Shown: positions 37,223 through 47,519, counted from the first letter of the stretch. The stretch is 64,000 nt of DNA from Patescibacteria group bacterium (GCA_040390125.1 JAZJYZ010000001.1:374402-438401); one strand, 5' to 3'. The notes: generated by a model not told the origin, from the letters alone. Program-made: numbers and translations.

Positions 37223-37933
37223 ATGATTGAAATCAAAGACATTACTAAGACCTACGGCTCAGGCGATAACGCCTTCCAAGCTCTAAAAGGAGTCTCTTTC
37301 ACCATCAATGATGGAGAGTTTGTGGCGATTATGGGCCCATCGGGCTCAGGCAAATCTACTCTTATGCATATCCTTGGGTGCCTCGACACGCCAACTTCCG
37401 GTTCATATTTTCTTGACGCTAAAGATGTTTCAAAACTTAATGACGAAGAGTTGGCGGATATCCGTAAAGACAAAATTGGTTTCGTCTTTCAAGCGTTTAA
37501 CCTTCTCCCTCGCACGACAGTGCTCCGTAACGTAATGCTCCCTTTGGTGTATGCAGGTGTGGGAGAAAAAGAGAGAGAAGAGCGTGCCATCGAATCTCTA
37601 ACATCTGCCGGACTTACCTCAACACATTTTTTACACCGCTCCAACGAGCTATCCGGTGGTCAAATTCAGCGGGTTGCCATTGCTCGGGCATTGGTAAATC
37701 AACCTTCTCTTATTTTGGCAGACGAGCCTACTGGTAACCTTGATAGCAAAACTGGCGAGATAGTGCTCGGCACTTTTCAAAAACTCAACCGTGAACATGG
37801 ACGTAGCGTGATTCTTATTACTCACGAACCAGAGGTAGCCGCATACGCTGAGCGCATCATTACACTAAGAGACGGTGAAATTTTATCTGACGAAAAGAAC
37901 CGCTCTCGTAAACACGCCCATTATGACGCTTAA
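37223..37933 (+). CDS. MacB/LolD-type ABC ATPase
   Basis: GPSGSGKST, LSGGQIQRVAIARAL, ADEPTGNLD. Confidence 0.95.
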   Translation: MIEIKDITKTYGSGDNAFQALKGVSFTINDGEFVAIMGPSGSGKSTLMHILGCLDTPTSGSYFLDAKDVSKLNDEELADIRKDKIGFVFQAFNLLPRTTVLRNVMLPLVYAGVGEKEREERAIESLTSAGLTSTHFLHRSNELSGGQIQRVAIARALVNQPSLILADEPTGNLDSKTGEIVLGTFQKLNREHGRSVILITHEPEVAAYAERIITLRDGEILSDEKNRSRKHAHYDA

Positions 37934-39152
37934 AGACACACTTCAAGAAACCTACACTGCTCTGTCGGCGAATAAAGTTCGCTCGGGTCTCACTATCCTC
38001 GGTATAGTCATTGGCATTTCATCAGTTATAGCAATGGTGTCGATTGGCACTGGCGCTTCTAACTCTATTTCTTCAAGCATTAATTCGCTCGGCTCCAATC
38101 TTTTACAAATATCTCCAGGTGCTCAGCGTACTGCCGGAGGATTTGGTGCATCTGCCGGAAGAGGTAATGCTAAGACACTGACTCAAGCCGACGCCGACGC
38201 TATTAGCTCAAACGTCACAGGCGTAGTTGCTGTCGCAAGTGAGGTTTCTGGTCGCTATCAAATAACTGCTAAAGGCACTAACACCAATACGACGGTTAAT
38301 GGCGTTAGTAGTAATTATCCGGAGGTTCGTAATATTGAAGTAGCGGAAGGTTCATTTATAAGTGATACACAAAATAATTCAGCTTCTAAAGTGGCGGTAT
38401 TGGGGCCCACCACGCGAGACGATCTTTTTGGAGAAAATGCAGAAGGTGTCGTTGGTCAGTCGATTCGTATCAAGGGTATGGAGTTTAAGGTAATTGGTGT
38501 GACGGTTGCAAAAGGAGGCAGTGGGTTTAGTAATGCAGACGACATTATATATATCCCCACGAAGAGTGCTCAGCGTTTTCTTTCGGGCGATCAATATCTC
38601 ACCACTATAGATGTGCAAACGACAGACGCTGACGCTATGACTCAAGTACAAGCCGATGTGACCGCACTACTTTTGGACCGCCATAATATTTCTGATGCAA
38701 CACAAGCGGACTTTAGTGTATTGAACCAGGCAGATCTTCTTTCAAGTGCATCGAGTATTACTACTACTCTTACGTATCTCCTCGCCGCTATCGGTGGTAT
38801 ATCGCTTTTGGTAGGGGGTATTGGCATCATGAACATGATGCTAACTACGGTGACGGAGCGTACCCGTGAGATAGGTTTACGCAAAGCAATAGGGGCTCGA
38901 AAGAGTGACATCAGTAAACAATTTCTTATCGAAGCCATTATGCTCACTCTTATCGGTGGAACTATAGGTATTGCTCTGGGTTGGCTTATTTCCTTTGGAG
39001 TGAATCTGACCGGATTAGTCGCTACAAGTGTTTCTCTTCCTTCGATCGTTATCGCTTTTGGAGTCTCAGCTCTTATAGGCATCGTGTTTGGGTACTACCC
39101 AGCACGACGTGCCGCAGGGCTCAATCCGATTGAGGCGTTGCGATATGAGTAA
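37923..39152 (+). CDS. MacB-type ABC permease
   Basis: RSGLTILGIVIG, GGIGIMNMML..V.ERTREIG.RKAIGA, PIEALRYE. Confidence 0.95.
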   Translation: MTLKDTLQETYTALSANKVRSGLTILGIVIGISSVIAMVSIGTGASNSISSSINSLGSNLLQISPGAQRTAGGFGASAGRGNAKTLTQADADAISSNVTGVVAVASEVSGRYQITAKGTNTNTTVNGVSSNYPEVRNIEVAEGSFISDTQNNSASKVAVLGPTTRDDLFGENAEGVVGQSIRIKGMEFKVIGVTVAKGGSGFSNADDIIYIPTKSAQRFLSGDQYLTTIDVQTTDADAMTQVQADVTALLLDRHNISDATQADFSVLNQADLLSSASSITTTLTYLLAAIGGISLLVGGIGIMNMMLTTVTERTREIGLRKAIGARKSDISKQFLIEAIMLTLIGGTIGIALGWLISFGVNLTGLVATSVSLPSIVIAFGVSALIGIVFGYYPARRAAGLNPIEALRYE

Positions 39153-39178
39153 TTATTATTTATTAAATAAATATACGT

Positions 39179-39613
39179 ATGAATAAAAAAATTATTGTAG
39201 GAATAGTAGTAGTTGTACTTTTAGCAGGTAGCTTCTACGGTGGAATGGTATACGGGAAAAGCAGCACACCCGTCAGAGGTCAATTTGGTAATGGTCAATT
39301 TTCGGGTAATCCGGCCGGCATGGGAGGAATGCGAGCAGGTATGGGCGGAGGGCTCACCGCAGGCGAAATTATTTCGAAGGATGCGACGAGTGTGACTATA
39401 AAGATGCAGGACGGTAGCACCAAGATTGTTCTTATTGGTGAATCAACTCAAGTAATGAAAACCTCTGCAGGCTCAGCTGATGACCTATCAGTAGGTACAA
39501 ATGTTGCGGTTACCGGTACAACAAATAGCGACGGTAGTATCACTGGACAGTCTGTACAAATCCGCCCTGCAGGTTCAGCACCTCTCGGTGGCACTCCTCC
39601 GATAGCTCAATAG
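39179..39613 (+). CDS. Exported OB-fold-like (DUF5666-like) protein
   Basis: FYGGMVYG, GEIISKD, G..NSDGSI.GQSVQI. Confidence 0.7.
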   Translation: MNKKIIVGIVVVVLLAGSFYGGMVYGKSSTPVRGQFGNGQFSGNPAGMGGMRAGMGGGLTAGEIISKDATSVTIKMQDGSTKIVLIGESTQVMKTSAGSADDLSVGTNVAVTGTTNSDGSITGQSVQIRPAGSAPLGGTPPIAQ

Positions 39614-39710
39614 TATAAGTTAGAGAAAGTTGAATCCCGATGCAATGAGCATTGGGATTTTATGAATCCTAAAGGTACACTGCCTTTAGGATTCACTGTA
39701 AGGTACAACG

Positions 39711-40682
39711 ATGAAAAAAAAGTTCTCTATTGTCTCACTTTTTGCAGGTTGTGGAGGTTTGGACCTTGGGTTTGTCGGTGGTTTTGAATTTTTAGGGAAA
39801 AAATATTCAAAAAGAAATTTTCAGATTGCTTGGGCGAATGATATTGATGAGGCTTCGTGTGTAACTTTTAAAAAGTATTTTAAACACGACATTGCTTGTG
39901 ACGATATCGGGAATATCCTAGGCGGTAAGGGTGTTCGTGGTCTTTTTGAAAAACCAATACCTAAAAAAATAGACATAGTGCTTGGTGGTTTTCCTTGTCA
40001 GGATTTTAGTCATGCGGGGAAGCGGAGTGGATTTAATAGCAAGCGGGGCTTGCTCTATCAAAGCATGGCCGAGGTTATCAAGAGAACTAAACCAACGTTG
40101 TTTATTGCCGAAAACGTTCGTGGTCTTATTACTATGAACGGCGGGCAAGCTCTAAAAAAAATTATTGAGGATTTTGAAGCACTTGGTTACCATGTTGTAT
40201 ATAAATTACTTACTGCCGCAGATTATGGTGTACCTCAGGTAAGGCAGAGAATTATTATTGTCGGAACTAGAAAAGATGTACTGCCACCTTTTGAATACCC
40301 AAAGCCGATCTTAGAGGAAAAAAATTGGATTAACCTAAAGAGGGCAATCGGTGATCTAGAGAAATTAAAGGAAGGTGAGTTACCCAATCACTTTTGGTCA
40401 AAAGCGAAAAAAAATAAAGGTCAAGGGAACACAACTGTCTCAGCAAATAAGCCAGGGCCAACGATGCGAACTGAGCACCATGGGAATATCGAATACCATT
40501 GGAATGGAAAACGAAGGTTGTCAGCAAGAGAAGCCGCACGAATTCAATCTTTTCCTGATGACTTTATTTTCTATCCATCCACTTCTGCTGCGTATAAGCA
40601 AATTGGGAATGCCGTACCCCCTGTTTTGGCGTGGCATATTGCTAGTGCGGTTGAAAAATTTTTAAATAAGCATTTAAAATAA
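39711..40682 (+). CDS. DNA (cytosine-5) methyltransferase
   Basis: LFAGCGG, GGFPCQDFS, ENVRG, Q.RQR, REAARIQSFP, QIGNAVPP. Confidence 0.96.
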   Translation: MKKKFSIVSLFAGCGGLDLGFVGGFEFLGKKYSKRNFQIAWANDIDEASCVTFKKYFKHDIACDDIGNILGGKGVRGLFEKPIPKKIDIVLGGFPCQDFSHAGKRSGFNSKRGLLYQSMAEVIKRTKPTLFIAENVRGLITMNGGQALKKIIEDFEALGYHVVYKLLTAADYGVPQVRQRIIIVGTRKDVLPPFEYPKPILEEKNWINLKRAIGDLEKLKEGELPNHFWSKAKKNKGQGNTTVSANKPGPTMRTEHHGNIEYHWNGKRRLSAREAARIQSFPDDFIFYPSTSAAYKQIGNAVPPVLAWHIASAVEKFLNKHLK

Positions 40683-40684
40683 AC

Positions 40685-41719
40685 ATGGCTGATGCTTTGA
40701 AACCCGCTACAGAAGAAGATTTTCTACTGTTGCTTGAAAAATCAAAACAGCTAGCTTTAGCTTTTTTGAGTAATACGCAAAACATCTCGCCAACTGATTT
40801 TGAAAAAATAATTTTTGAACAGGTATGTAATGCAGCACAAGGTACTGCTTTTGAGGGAGCTGTTACTCAAACTGGAACAAATACTTTCCCAGACATTATT
40901 GTTGGTAATTTTGGCATTGAGGTAAAAATGACTATTAGTGATCATTGGACATCAACGGGGAATAGCGTTTTGGAATCTTCACGAGTTGAAGATGTTGAAA
41001 AAATTTATATCGTATTTGGAAAATTTGGCGGCGCATTAGACATTCGTTACCGACTCTATCAAGAATGTTTGCCTGAAATTAGTGTTACCCATTCTCCTCG
41101 TTACCGAATCAATATGGAGCTGCCTTCGGGGGACTCAATTTTCGATAAAATCGGTGTTGAATATGAAGCACTGCGAAACGATTCCCATTCAATTAAAAAA
41201 ATTAAGAACTACTACCGCTCACAGCTTAAAGAAGGTGAGGAATTGTGGTGGATAGATCAAGAGGAAGAAGAGAAAGCAGTGAGTCCTATAATTAAATCTT
41301 TCGCAGGCTTAAGTGAAGCGGAAAGAGAAAATTTTATTGTTGAAGTAATGATTTTGTTTCCTGAAATATTTGGTAATGCCCAAAAGAAATATGAACGGCC
41401 TGCAGCGTATCTTATTGCTGCATACAGCGCACTATGTACTAACTTACGAGACATATTCAGTGCTGGTGGACAAAGGGAGTTAGAGGTTAAAGGTACTAGT
41501 GTCATGGTGCCTCAATCGGCACATGGTTTATACGAGGCAGCTAAGGCGATTGAAAAGAGAATTCAAGAATTAGATGCTGAAACTCTTCTCTACTATTGGC
41601 GAGTCGACAAACTCCAAGACGATCGTTTAAAACAGTGGAAAGAACTGCTGAATGCTAAATGTACTCCTCTTAGTTCTGGCATAACCCTATCGGATATTTT
41701 TGATGCAGGGCTGTTATAA
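40685..41719 (+). CDS. Putative type II restriction endonuclease (PD-(D/E)xK)
   Basis: FPDII...GIEVK; starts 2 nt after the C5 MTase stop. Confidence 0.75.
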   Translation: MADALKPATEEDFLLLLEKSKQLALAFLSNTQNISPTDFEKIIFEQVCNAAQGTAFEGAVTQTGTNTFPDIIVGNFGIEVKMTISDHWTSTGNSVLESSRVEDVEKIYIVFGKFGGALDIRYRLYQECLPEISVTHSPRYRINMELPSGDSIFDKIGVEYEALRNDSHSIKKIKNYYRSQLKEGEELWWIDQEEEEKAVSPIIKSFAGLSEAERENFIVEVMILFPEIFGNAQKKYERPAAYLIAAYSALCTNLRDIFSAGGQRELEVKGTSVMVPQSAHGLYEAAKAIEKRIQELDAETLLYYWRVDKLQDDRLKQWKELLNAKCTPLSSGITLSDIFDAGLL

Positions 41720-41751
41720 AAATACCGCCCCAACAATGCTAGAATGACCTT

Positions 41752-42804
41752 ATGAATGATACAAAATCTTCTCTAAAAAATATTCTTCCGTGGGGTATGT
41801 CGTGGCTTACCTTTGCACTCGGCATACTCGCTATAGGTACTTTTTTTGCTGTTTCCAGTCCCGGTATAAATTACATAACTCCTATGATGGGAGGTGGAGT
41901 GGTGGGCACTACACAAGCAGTACCACCAACAGCTGCTGGTATGCCTGAAAGGGATGCCAGTGTGTCCAATGTTTCTGCACCAGATATGGGAGGGAACAGT
42001 ATGTACTACCCATACCCATACCAAAATCCTGATGTTCCTGTAGACGACACCCGAGAGTTTTTGAAAATGTATTACAACGCATACATGCAGACTCGTGATG
42101 TTCCTGCTCTTACACGCCGAGTGGAGACGACAGTGCGAGGGCATAGTGGTCGCATTGATCAGCAATCCAGCTCTTCCAAGTATGGCTCGGTGAGTTTTGC
42201 GGTTCCCCAGGCTAAGTATGATGCGTTTCGCACTGAACTTGAGAGTCTAGTGGGTAGCCGATTCATTTCTGTAAATATTTCGTCTCAAAATTTGTTATCA
42301 CAAAAGGTGAGTATAGAGGAACAACAAAAACAGGCGGACACGTCGCTTTCAGGTTATAAAACTACACGTCAAAAAATAGTGAGTGCTCATGCCAGCGCTG
42401 CGAGCTCGCTCCAGTCGAAGATAGATGCTGACCTACAACAACTCGCAACCCTTCGTGCGCAAACACAAACGCCTCAAGTGGTGGCAGAGATAGTAACTGT
42501 ATCTCAGCATCAATTGTCGTTGGAGAAGCAACTTGCAAGTGAGAATGCTTCCTACACAGTGCAATTACGAAATATAGATGAGAATATAAAGTACGCAGAA
42601 GAGTGGCAGAAGGCGGTAGACACGCAAGATCAGACACTTCTTGATAATGTAGCAACAGTGACGGGAACAGTGTCTATCCAATGGATAAGCCTTTGGGGAA
42701 TCGCACTTCTCTATCTACCTGGCTACTGGATTCCTGCTATCTTTGCCATGCTGGCAATTCTCTCCTTCATGAGAGATCGTCGGAGAGAAGGTGTACGTGC
42801 TTGA
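41752..42804 (+). CDS. DUF4349-like membrane-anchored coiled-coil protein
   Basis: N- and C-terminal TM, ferredoxin-like domain G.I....S...G...F.VP, coiled coil. Confidence 0.65.
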   Translation: MNDTKSSLKNILPWGMSWLTFALGILAIGTFFAVSSPGINYITPMMGGGVVGTTQAVPPTAAGMPERDASVSNVSAPDMGGNSMYYPYPYQNPDVPVDDTREFLKMYYNAYMQTRDVPALTRRVETTVRGHSGRIDQQSSSSKYGSVSFAVPQAKYDAFRTELESLVGSRFISVNISSQNLLSQKVSIEEQQKQADTSLSGYKTTRQKIVSAHASAASSLQSKIDADLQQLATLRAQTQTPQVVAEIVTVSQHQLSLEKQLASENASYTVQLRNIDENIKYAEEWQKAVDTQDQTLLDNVATVTGTVSIQWISLWGIALLYLPGYWIPAIFAMLAILSFMRDRRREGVRA

Positions 42805-42827
42805 TTTGGTGATCTAGGTTTGAATTC

Positions 42828-43163
42828 CTATTTCAATTCCTCAGCTTTCAAATCAAGACCTTCTTTTTCTGCGTACTTTTTCGCTTCTTTATTTATAGAA
42901 TGAGCTTGAAAAGTATGGTAGAGACTTAAAGAGGCAGTGCCTGTAGCTGCAAGTGCAAATGTAAAACCAACCGCAGTGGGAGCGGATGCGAGTGCTAAAA
43001 TGAGTAGTGAGATCGCATACATCTGCTCATTCCATGCTGTCGTGCTGTAAGTATCGGATCTACCTTGCAGTTGACCCAATTTGCGTTCTTTCATAGCTCT
43101 CAAAACAGCTATTGCTTGCTCGCCTTCGACGGTTGGGGCCTGTATTGGAGATGTTTCAGTCAT
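42828..43163 (-). CDS. Orphan membrane protein
   Basis: TTGACA-17-TATCAT then 6 nt to ATG on the minus strand. Confidence 0.6.
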   Translation of the reverse strand: MTETSPIQAPTVEGEQAIAVLRAMKERKLGQLQGRSDTYSTTAWNEQMYAISLLILALASAPTAVGFTFALAATGTASLSLYHTFQAHSINKEAKKYAEKEGLDLKAEELK

Positions 43164-43266
43164 TCTTATATGATATCACACAAATTCTATATTGTCAAGT
43201 TACGTTTCCAAATAAAGATGAACATAAAATCGCCAGAGCCCTTCGAGTTTCTTGTACAATGAATGC

Positions 43267-43602
43267 ATGGCAACTATTGAAGACTTTCATACCCTAGACA
43301 TTAGAGTCGGGAAAATCATTGAAGTGAATGATTTTCCCGAAGCAAGAAAGCCTGCGTACAAGCTGAAGATAGATTTCGGTTCAGACATTGGTATTAAAAA
43401 TTCCTCTGCACAGATAGTGGCACTCTATAGTAAAGAAGATTTGCTCGGGAGGTTAGTGCTCGCAGTAGTTAATTTTTCGCCTCGGCAGATAGGGTCTTTT
43501 ATGTCCGAAGTGTTAACGCTCGGAGTGCCTGACCAAGAGGGCAACGTCATACTCATCACACCTGACACGGGGCATGCGGTTGTAGGCGGACGCCTGTTCT
43601 GA
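43267..43602 (+). CDS. csaA: tRNA-binding protein CsaA
   Basis: DIRVGKI, PEARKPAYKL.IDFG, SSAQI, VNFSPRQIG..MSEVLTLG. Confidence 0.92.
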   Translation: MATIEDFHTLDIRVGKIIEVNDFPEARKPAYKLKIDFGSDIGIKNSSAQIVALYSKEDLLGRLVLAVVNFSPRQIGSFMSEVLTLGVPDQEGNVILITPDTGHAVVGGRLF

Positions 43603-43696
43603 TCGGAGTACCGCAACGTTGCTTGTATTAAAGGTAGGTTCTCGTTGAGGATTCTTGAATATTGACTTTTCTATATTAATATGGTAATATATAAAA

Positions 43697-44197
43697 ATGG
43701 CGTTAGGTTTCGGCGAACAAATATCTCTTCCTAGAAATACCTCAAAAGTCAGGTCTGAATTACTGAATCCTAGCAAACCTCTTTCGAAGATGATCGCTGA
43801 AGCGATTGCAGAAATCGATAAGCTTTGTTTTGGAGCTACTGATGCACAATTAAGGCGCATGCAGAGAGAAATACAAGATCCGACAGCAATTGTATCGATA
43901 CTGAAAAGAGGTAAGAAAGTTGTTGGTTATTCGTATGCCTTGCCCGACCCAGCAGTTGAAGGTGCTGTATATATTCATTCGACTGCGATTCATCCTTCGG
44001 AGCAACATAAAGGTCTTGTAGGGAAACTTATGGCGAAAATGGAAGCCGAGATGCGTCGACGTGGATTCTCCTCTTTCACAAGAGATTGCATGATAGACAA
44101 CGGCTATGCCGATACAGTGCAACGGCACTATGGGGATAGGATTATAAAAATGTTTGATCGATTTTTTAATCGACGTTCTTTTCAAATTACATTGTAA
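43697..44197 (+). CDS. GNAT family acetyltransferase
   Basis: YIHSTAIHPSEQHKGLVGKLM; TTGACT-17-TAATAT promoter 6 nt before ATG. Confidence 0.75.
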   Translation: MALGFGEQISLPRNTSKVRSELLNPSKPLSKMIAEAIAEIDKLCFGATDAQLRRMQREIQDPTAIVSILKRGKKVVGYSYALPDPAVEGAVYIHSTAIHPSEQHKGLVGKLMAKMEAEMRRRGFSSFTRDCMIDNGYADTVQRHYGDRIIKMFDRFFNRRSFQITL

Positions 44198-44245
44198 GTG
44201 TAAGTAAATATACAGATTGCATCTAATAGGATAAGGTAGGTTGTT

Positions 44246-45706
44246 ATGGCACAGGACGAGACGATTTTACGCTTTGAGGACGTCTCGCACGAATTCAGTG
44301 CGAAGAAGCCTATTCTTGATGAGGTGAGTTTTTCGGTGCGCCGTGGTAAGAAAATTACCTTGATGGGGCAAAATGGAGCGGGTAAGAGTACTATCTTCAA
44401 GCTCATCGTCGGAGCCGAGAAACCTGAAGCAGGAACTATTCATCTTCCGCCCAAGATGAGTATCGCAACGTCACGACAGGTCATTCCAAGGACTGAAATG
44501 GAATTGACGATTCGTGAGTTTTTCCAAAAAATGTTCGATAAACCTGTCTATGATATCGATCCACGCATCGATGCTGTCTTGGAGGTAGTGAACTTGAAGC
44601 ACCCAGAGAAATTACACGATAGAATTGTTGGTTCATTTTCCGGTGGTCAGCAGGCGCGTATACTTCTCGCTTCTGCGCTTATCCAGAATCCTGACCTACT
44701 TCTTTTAGACGAGCCAACCAACAACCTCGATAAAGCAGGCATCGCACATCTCACGGATTTTCTCATCAAGTACGACAAGACCTGCATTGTTATTTCCCAC
44801 GATGCACATTTTTTGAATTCCTTCTCTGACGGCGTTTTGTATCTGGACGTACACACGAAGAAGGTCGAGCAATACGCAGGCAATTACAACGACGTCTTGA
44901 AAGACATCACCGCGCGGGTAGAGAAAGAGAATATGAAGAACGCACAGCTTGCAAAGGCCATAATTGCCAACAAAGAGAAGGCGAACTTCTTTGCTCAGAA
45001 AGGAGGCGGTATGCGAATGGTAGCCAAGCGTATGCGTAAAGCGGCGGAAGAGATGGAGGAGTCTAAGGTGGATGTTCGTCGTGAGGATAAAACTATTAAA
45101 GCGTTTACTATTCCCGTGCAAGAGAATGTAGGAGGTGAAGTGCTTACCATCACTTCGTATACGACTCTCAAGGATCATAAGCCGAAAGTTCACAAGAAAA
45201 ACCTCGTGCTCAGGCGTGGCGAGCACTTGATACTCGTGGGACCGAACGGCATCGGGAAGAGTACGTTACTGGAGTCAATCGCAAAGAACGCTTCTGATGG
45301 AGTCACTATTAATAAAGGTGTCACGGTGGGTTATTACCGGCAGGATTTCTCGAACCTTGATTTCGAATCCACAGTGTTTCAAGAATTGGCAGGAGCCATG
45401 AAAGAACAGAAGGAAGACAAGCTTCGCTCAGTTGCGGCAAGTTTTCTTATCACGGGGGATTTGATACACACAAAAATTAGCCATCTTTCAGAGGGACAAA
45501 AAGGGCTGGTGGCGTTTGCCAGACTCGTGCTTTTACAGCCAGGGCTTCTTATTCTTGATGAGCCCACTAATCACATAAACTTCCGTCACTTGCCTGTGAT
45601 TGCCTCAGCACTCGACAAGTTTCAAGGTGCAATGATTTTGGTGAGTCACGTGCCAGAATTTGTGTCGAAGATTCGTATTGACGAGACTTTAGACCTCACG
45701 AAATAA
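44246..45706 (+). CDS. ABC-F family ATPase
   Basis: Two NBDs (GQNGAGKST, GPNGIGKST), LLDEPTN twice, no TM. Confidence 0.93.
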   Translation: MAQDETILRFEDVSHEFSAKKPILDEVSFSVRRGKKITLMGQNGAGKSTIFKLIVGAEKPEAGTIHLPPKMSIATSRQVIPRTEMELTIREFFQKMFDKPVYDIDPRIDAVLEVVNLKHPEKLHDRIVGSFSGGQQARILLASALIQNPDLLLLDEPTNNLDKAGIAHLTDFLIKYDKTCIVISHDAHFLNSFSDGVLYLDVHTKKVEQYAGNYNDVLKDITARVEKENMKNAQLAKAIIANKEKANFFAQKGGGMRMVAKRMRKAAEEMEESKVDVRREDKTIKAFTIPVQENVGGEVLTITSYTTLKDHKPKVHKKNLVLRRGEHLILVGPNGIGKSTLLESIAKNASDGVTINKGVTVGYYRQDFSNLDFESTVFQELAGAMKEQKEDKLRSVAASFLITGDLIHTKISHLSEGQKGLVAFARLVLLQPGLLILDEPTNHINFRHLPVIASALDKFQGAMILVSHVPEFVSKIRIDETLDLTK

Positions 45707-45750
45707 AATTCAGTTTGACAGTGTGTCGCTCTAGAGTACTCTGGTTTAGT

Positions 45751-45957
45751 ATGAGACAAGGCGAATTGGAGCCTTCAAAGGCCGACATTGATCGGGCGTT
45801 TGAAGATAAAGGGGACGATATTGTGGCTGCCATGAGGAGGGATGATGTCTCTCACCAATTCTTTGGAAAGACGTGGAAATTGTTATTTCCTGGGGAAAAA
45901 ACTAAAGTGATGGAAGTGCTCAGAGCAGAAAACCAGACTCACAAGAATCTACATTGA
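45751..45957 (+). CDS. Orphan microprotein (paralog of 47319-47519)
   Basis: TTGACA(45715)-16-TACTCT promoter; RRDDVSHQFFGKTWKLL. Confidence 0.55.
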   Translation: MRQGELEPSKADIDRAFEDKGDDIVAAMRRDDVSHQFFGKTWKLLFPGEKTKVMEVLRAENQTHKNLH

Positions 45958-45981
45958 CCGTTAAGCTTTTCTCCACTTCCG

Positions 45982-47277
45982 ATGCAAAATAAGCTGGGCA
46001 AATCTAATTTCCAAACTCCGTACGACCTCATTGTCGTCGGAGGCGGAGCGTCTGGCCTTATGGCCGCAGGGAGAGCGGGAGAGTGCGGTAAGCGAGTATT
46101 ACTTTTGGAAAAGAACAAACGGCTTGGAGAGAAGCTCAAAATTTCAGGTGGAGGACGTTGCAACATTACTAATGCGGAATTTGATGCACGGGTACTTTTG
46201 CAGGCATATGGAAAGGCCGAGCAGTTTTTGTATTCTGTATTCTCGCAGTTCGGAGTGAAGGATACCTTCTCTTTCTTCGAGTCCCGTGGGCTTCCGCTCG
46301 TCGTGCAAGGGAAGAAGCGTGCGTTTCCTCATACTGAAAAAGCAGAAGACGTGTTGAAAGTGCTTCAAAAATATTTAGCGGACGGTCGAGTTACTGTGCG
46401 GGTTGGTTCTCCAGTTACAAAAATTCATTTTGATGTGAACGGTATAACCAGGGTGTCGTCAGGCAAAGAAACCTATCGTGCGACTAACTATCTTTTCTCA
46501 ACTGGAGGTGTATCGCATCCAGAAACTGGTTCGACAGGTGACGGCTTTGGCTGGCTTCGAGAGCTTGGACACAGCGTTGTTAAACCTACTCCGACAGTCG
46601 TTCCGCTTAAGGTTGATGATGCATGGAGCAAAAAGCTTGCGGGAGTGTCAGTTGAATCAATGAAGATAACTTTTTTTTCAGAAACTAAAAAAGCATTTTC
46701 TGAAACGGGAAAAATACTTTTTACTCATTTTGGTATCTCCGGGCCTCTCATTTTAAACAGTGCACACAAAGTTGCTGACTTATTGCAGGAAGGGGCTGTT
46801 ATGGCCGGCATAGATCTTTTCCCGGGCACTGACCACGGAGCGCTTGAGAAAAATATTATTGCGATATTTGATAGTAATAAAAATAAAACACTTAAGAACA
46901 TTCTTAAAGAATTGGTGCCAGCAGGTACGGCTAAAGGTATCGTCACATTGCTTGCCGAACGTGTAGACACTTTAAAAAAAGTTCACTCTATCAGCAAAGA
47001 AGAGCGTAAATACATTGTGCGGACACTTAAAGCTCTTCCGCTCACCATTACTGGACTCATGGGTTTTGACAGAGCTGTTATTGCGGATGGGGGTGTACAG
47101 CTTGAAGAAATTGATATGAGAACGATGCGTTCAAAGAAAGTCTCTAATCTCTACGTGACGGGAGATTTACTTCACATCAATAGGCCGTCTGGTGGTTTTT
47201 CATTACAGCTTTGCTGGTCTTCAGGCTACGTGGCTGGAAGTCATGCGGGGGAGCGGGGTCGGGTCGGGGATGCGTAG
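45982..47277 (+). CDS. HI0933/YhiN/BaiN family flavoprotein
   Basis: GGGASGLMAA, KLKISGGGRCNITN, P.TGSTGDG, LFTHFGISGP, GGFSLQLCWSSG. Confidence 0.92.
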   Translation: MQNKLGKSNFQTPYDLIVVGGGASGLMAAGRAGECGKRVLLLEKNKRLGEKLKISGGGRCNITNAEFDARVLLQAYGKAEQFLYSVFSQFGVKDTFSFFESRGLPLVVQGKKRAFPHTEKAEDVLKVLQKYLADGRVTVRVGSPVTKIHFDVNGITRVSSGKETYRATNYLFSTGGVSHPETGSTGDGFGWLRELGHSVVKPTPTVVPLKVDDAWSKKLAGVSVESMKITFFSETKKAFSETGKILFTHFGISGPLILNSAHKVADLLQEGAVMAGIDLFPGTDHGALEKNIIAIFDSNKNKTLKNILKELVPAGTAKGIVTLLAERVDTLKKVHSISKEERKYIVRTLKALPLTITGLMGFDRAVIADGGVQLEEIDMRTMRSKKVSNLYVTGDLLHINRPSGGFSLQLCWSSGYVAGSHAGERGRVGDA

Positions 47278-47318
47278 GGGTTTTTGAATTTTTTTGGACA
47301 CCATTTATACTGTGTGTC

Positions 47319-47519
47319 ATGGGAGTAGAGGTGCGAATGGATCTTGGATCTAGTGACGGGTTTGATTTTGAGGACATCACTACAGTAATGAAGCGTGCTT
47401 TCAAAAGGCGCAATAAGCTTGCAAGGCGACTTTTTGGAGCGCCTTATAAAAATTTGTCTTCCGCAGAACAAAGACAAGTTGGTTTTGCTCTCTCGATAGA
47501 AAATCAAGGTCTCCATTAA
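47319..47519 (+). CDS. Orphan microprotein (paralog of 45751-45957)
   Basis: TTGAAT-16-TATACT promoter 7 nt before ATG; RRNKLARRLFGAPYKNL. Confidence 0.55.
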   Translation: MGVEVRMDLGSSDGFDFEDITTVMKRAFKRRNKLARRLFGAPYKNLSSAEQRQVGFALSIENQGLH

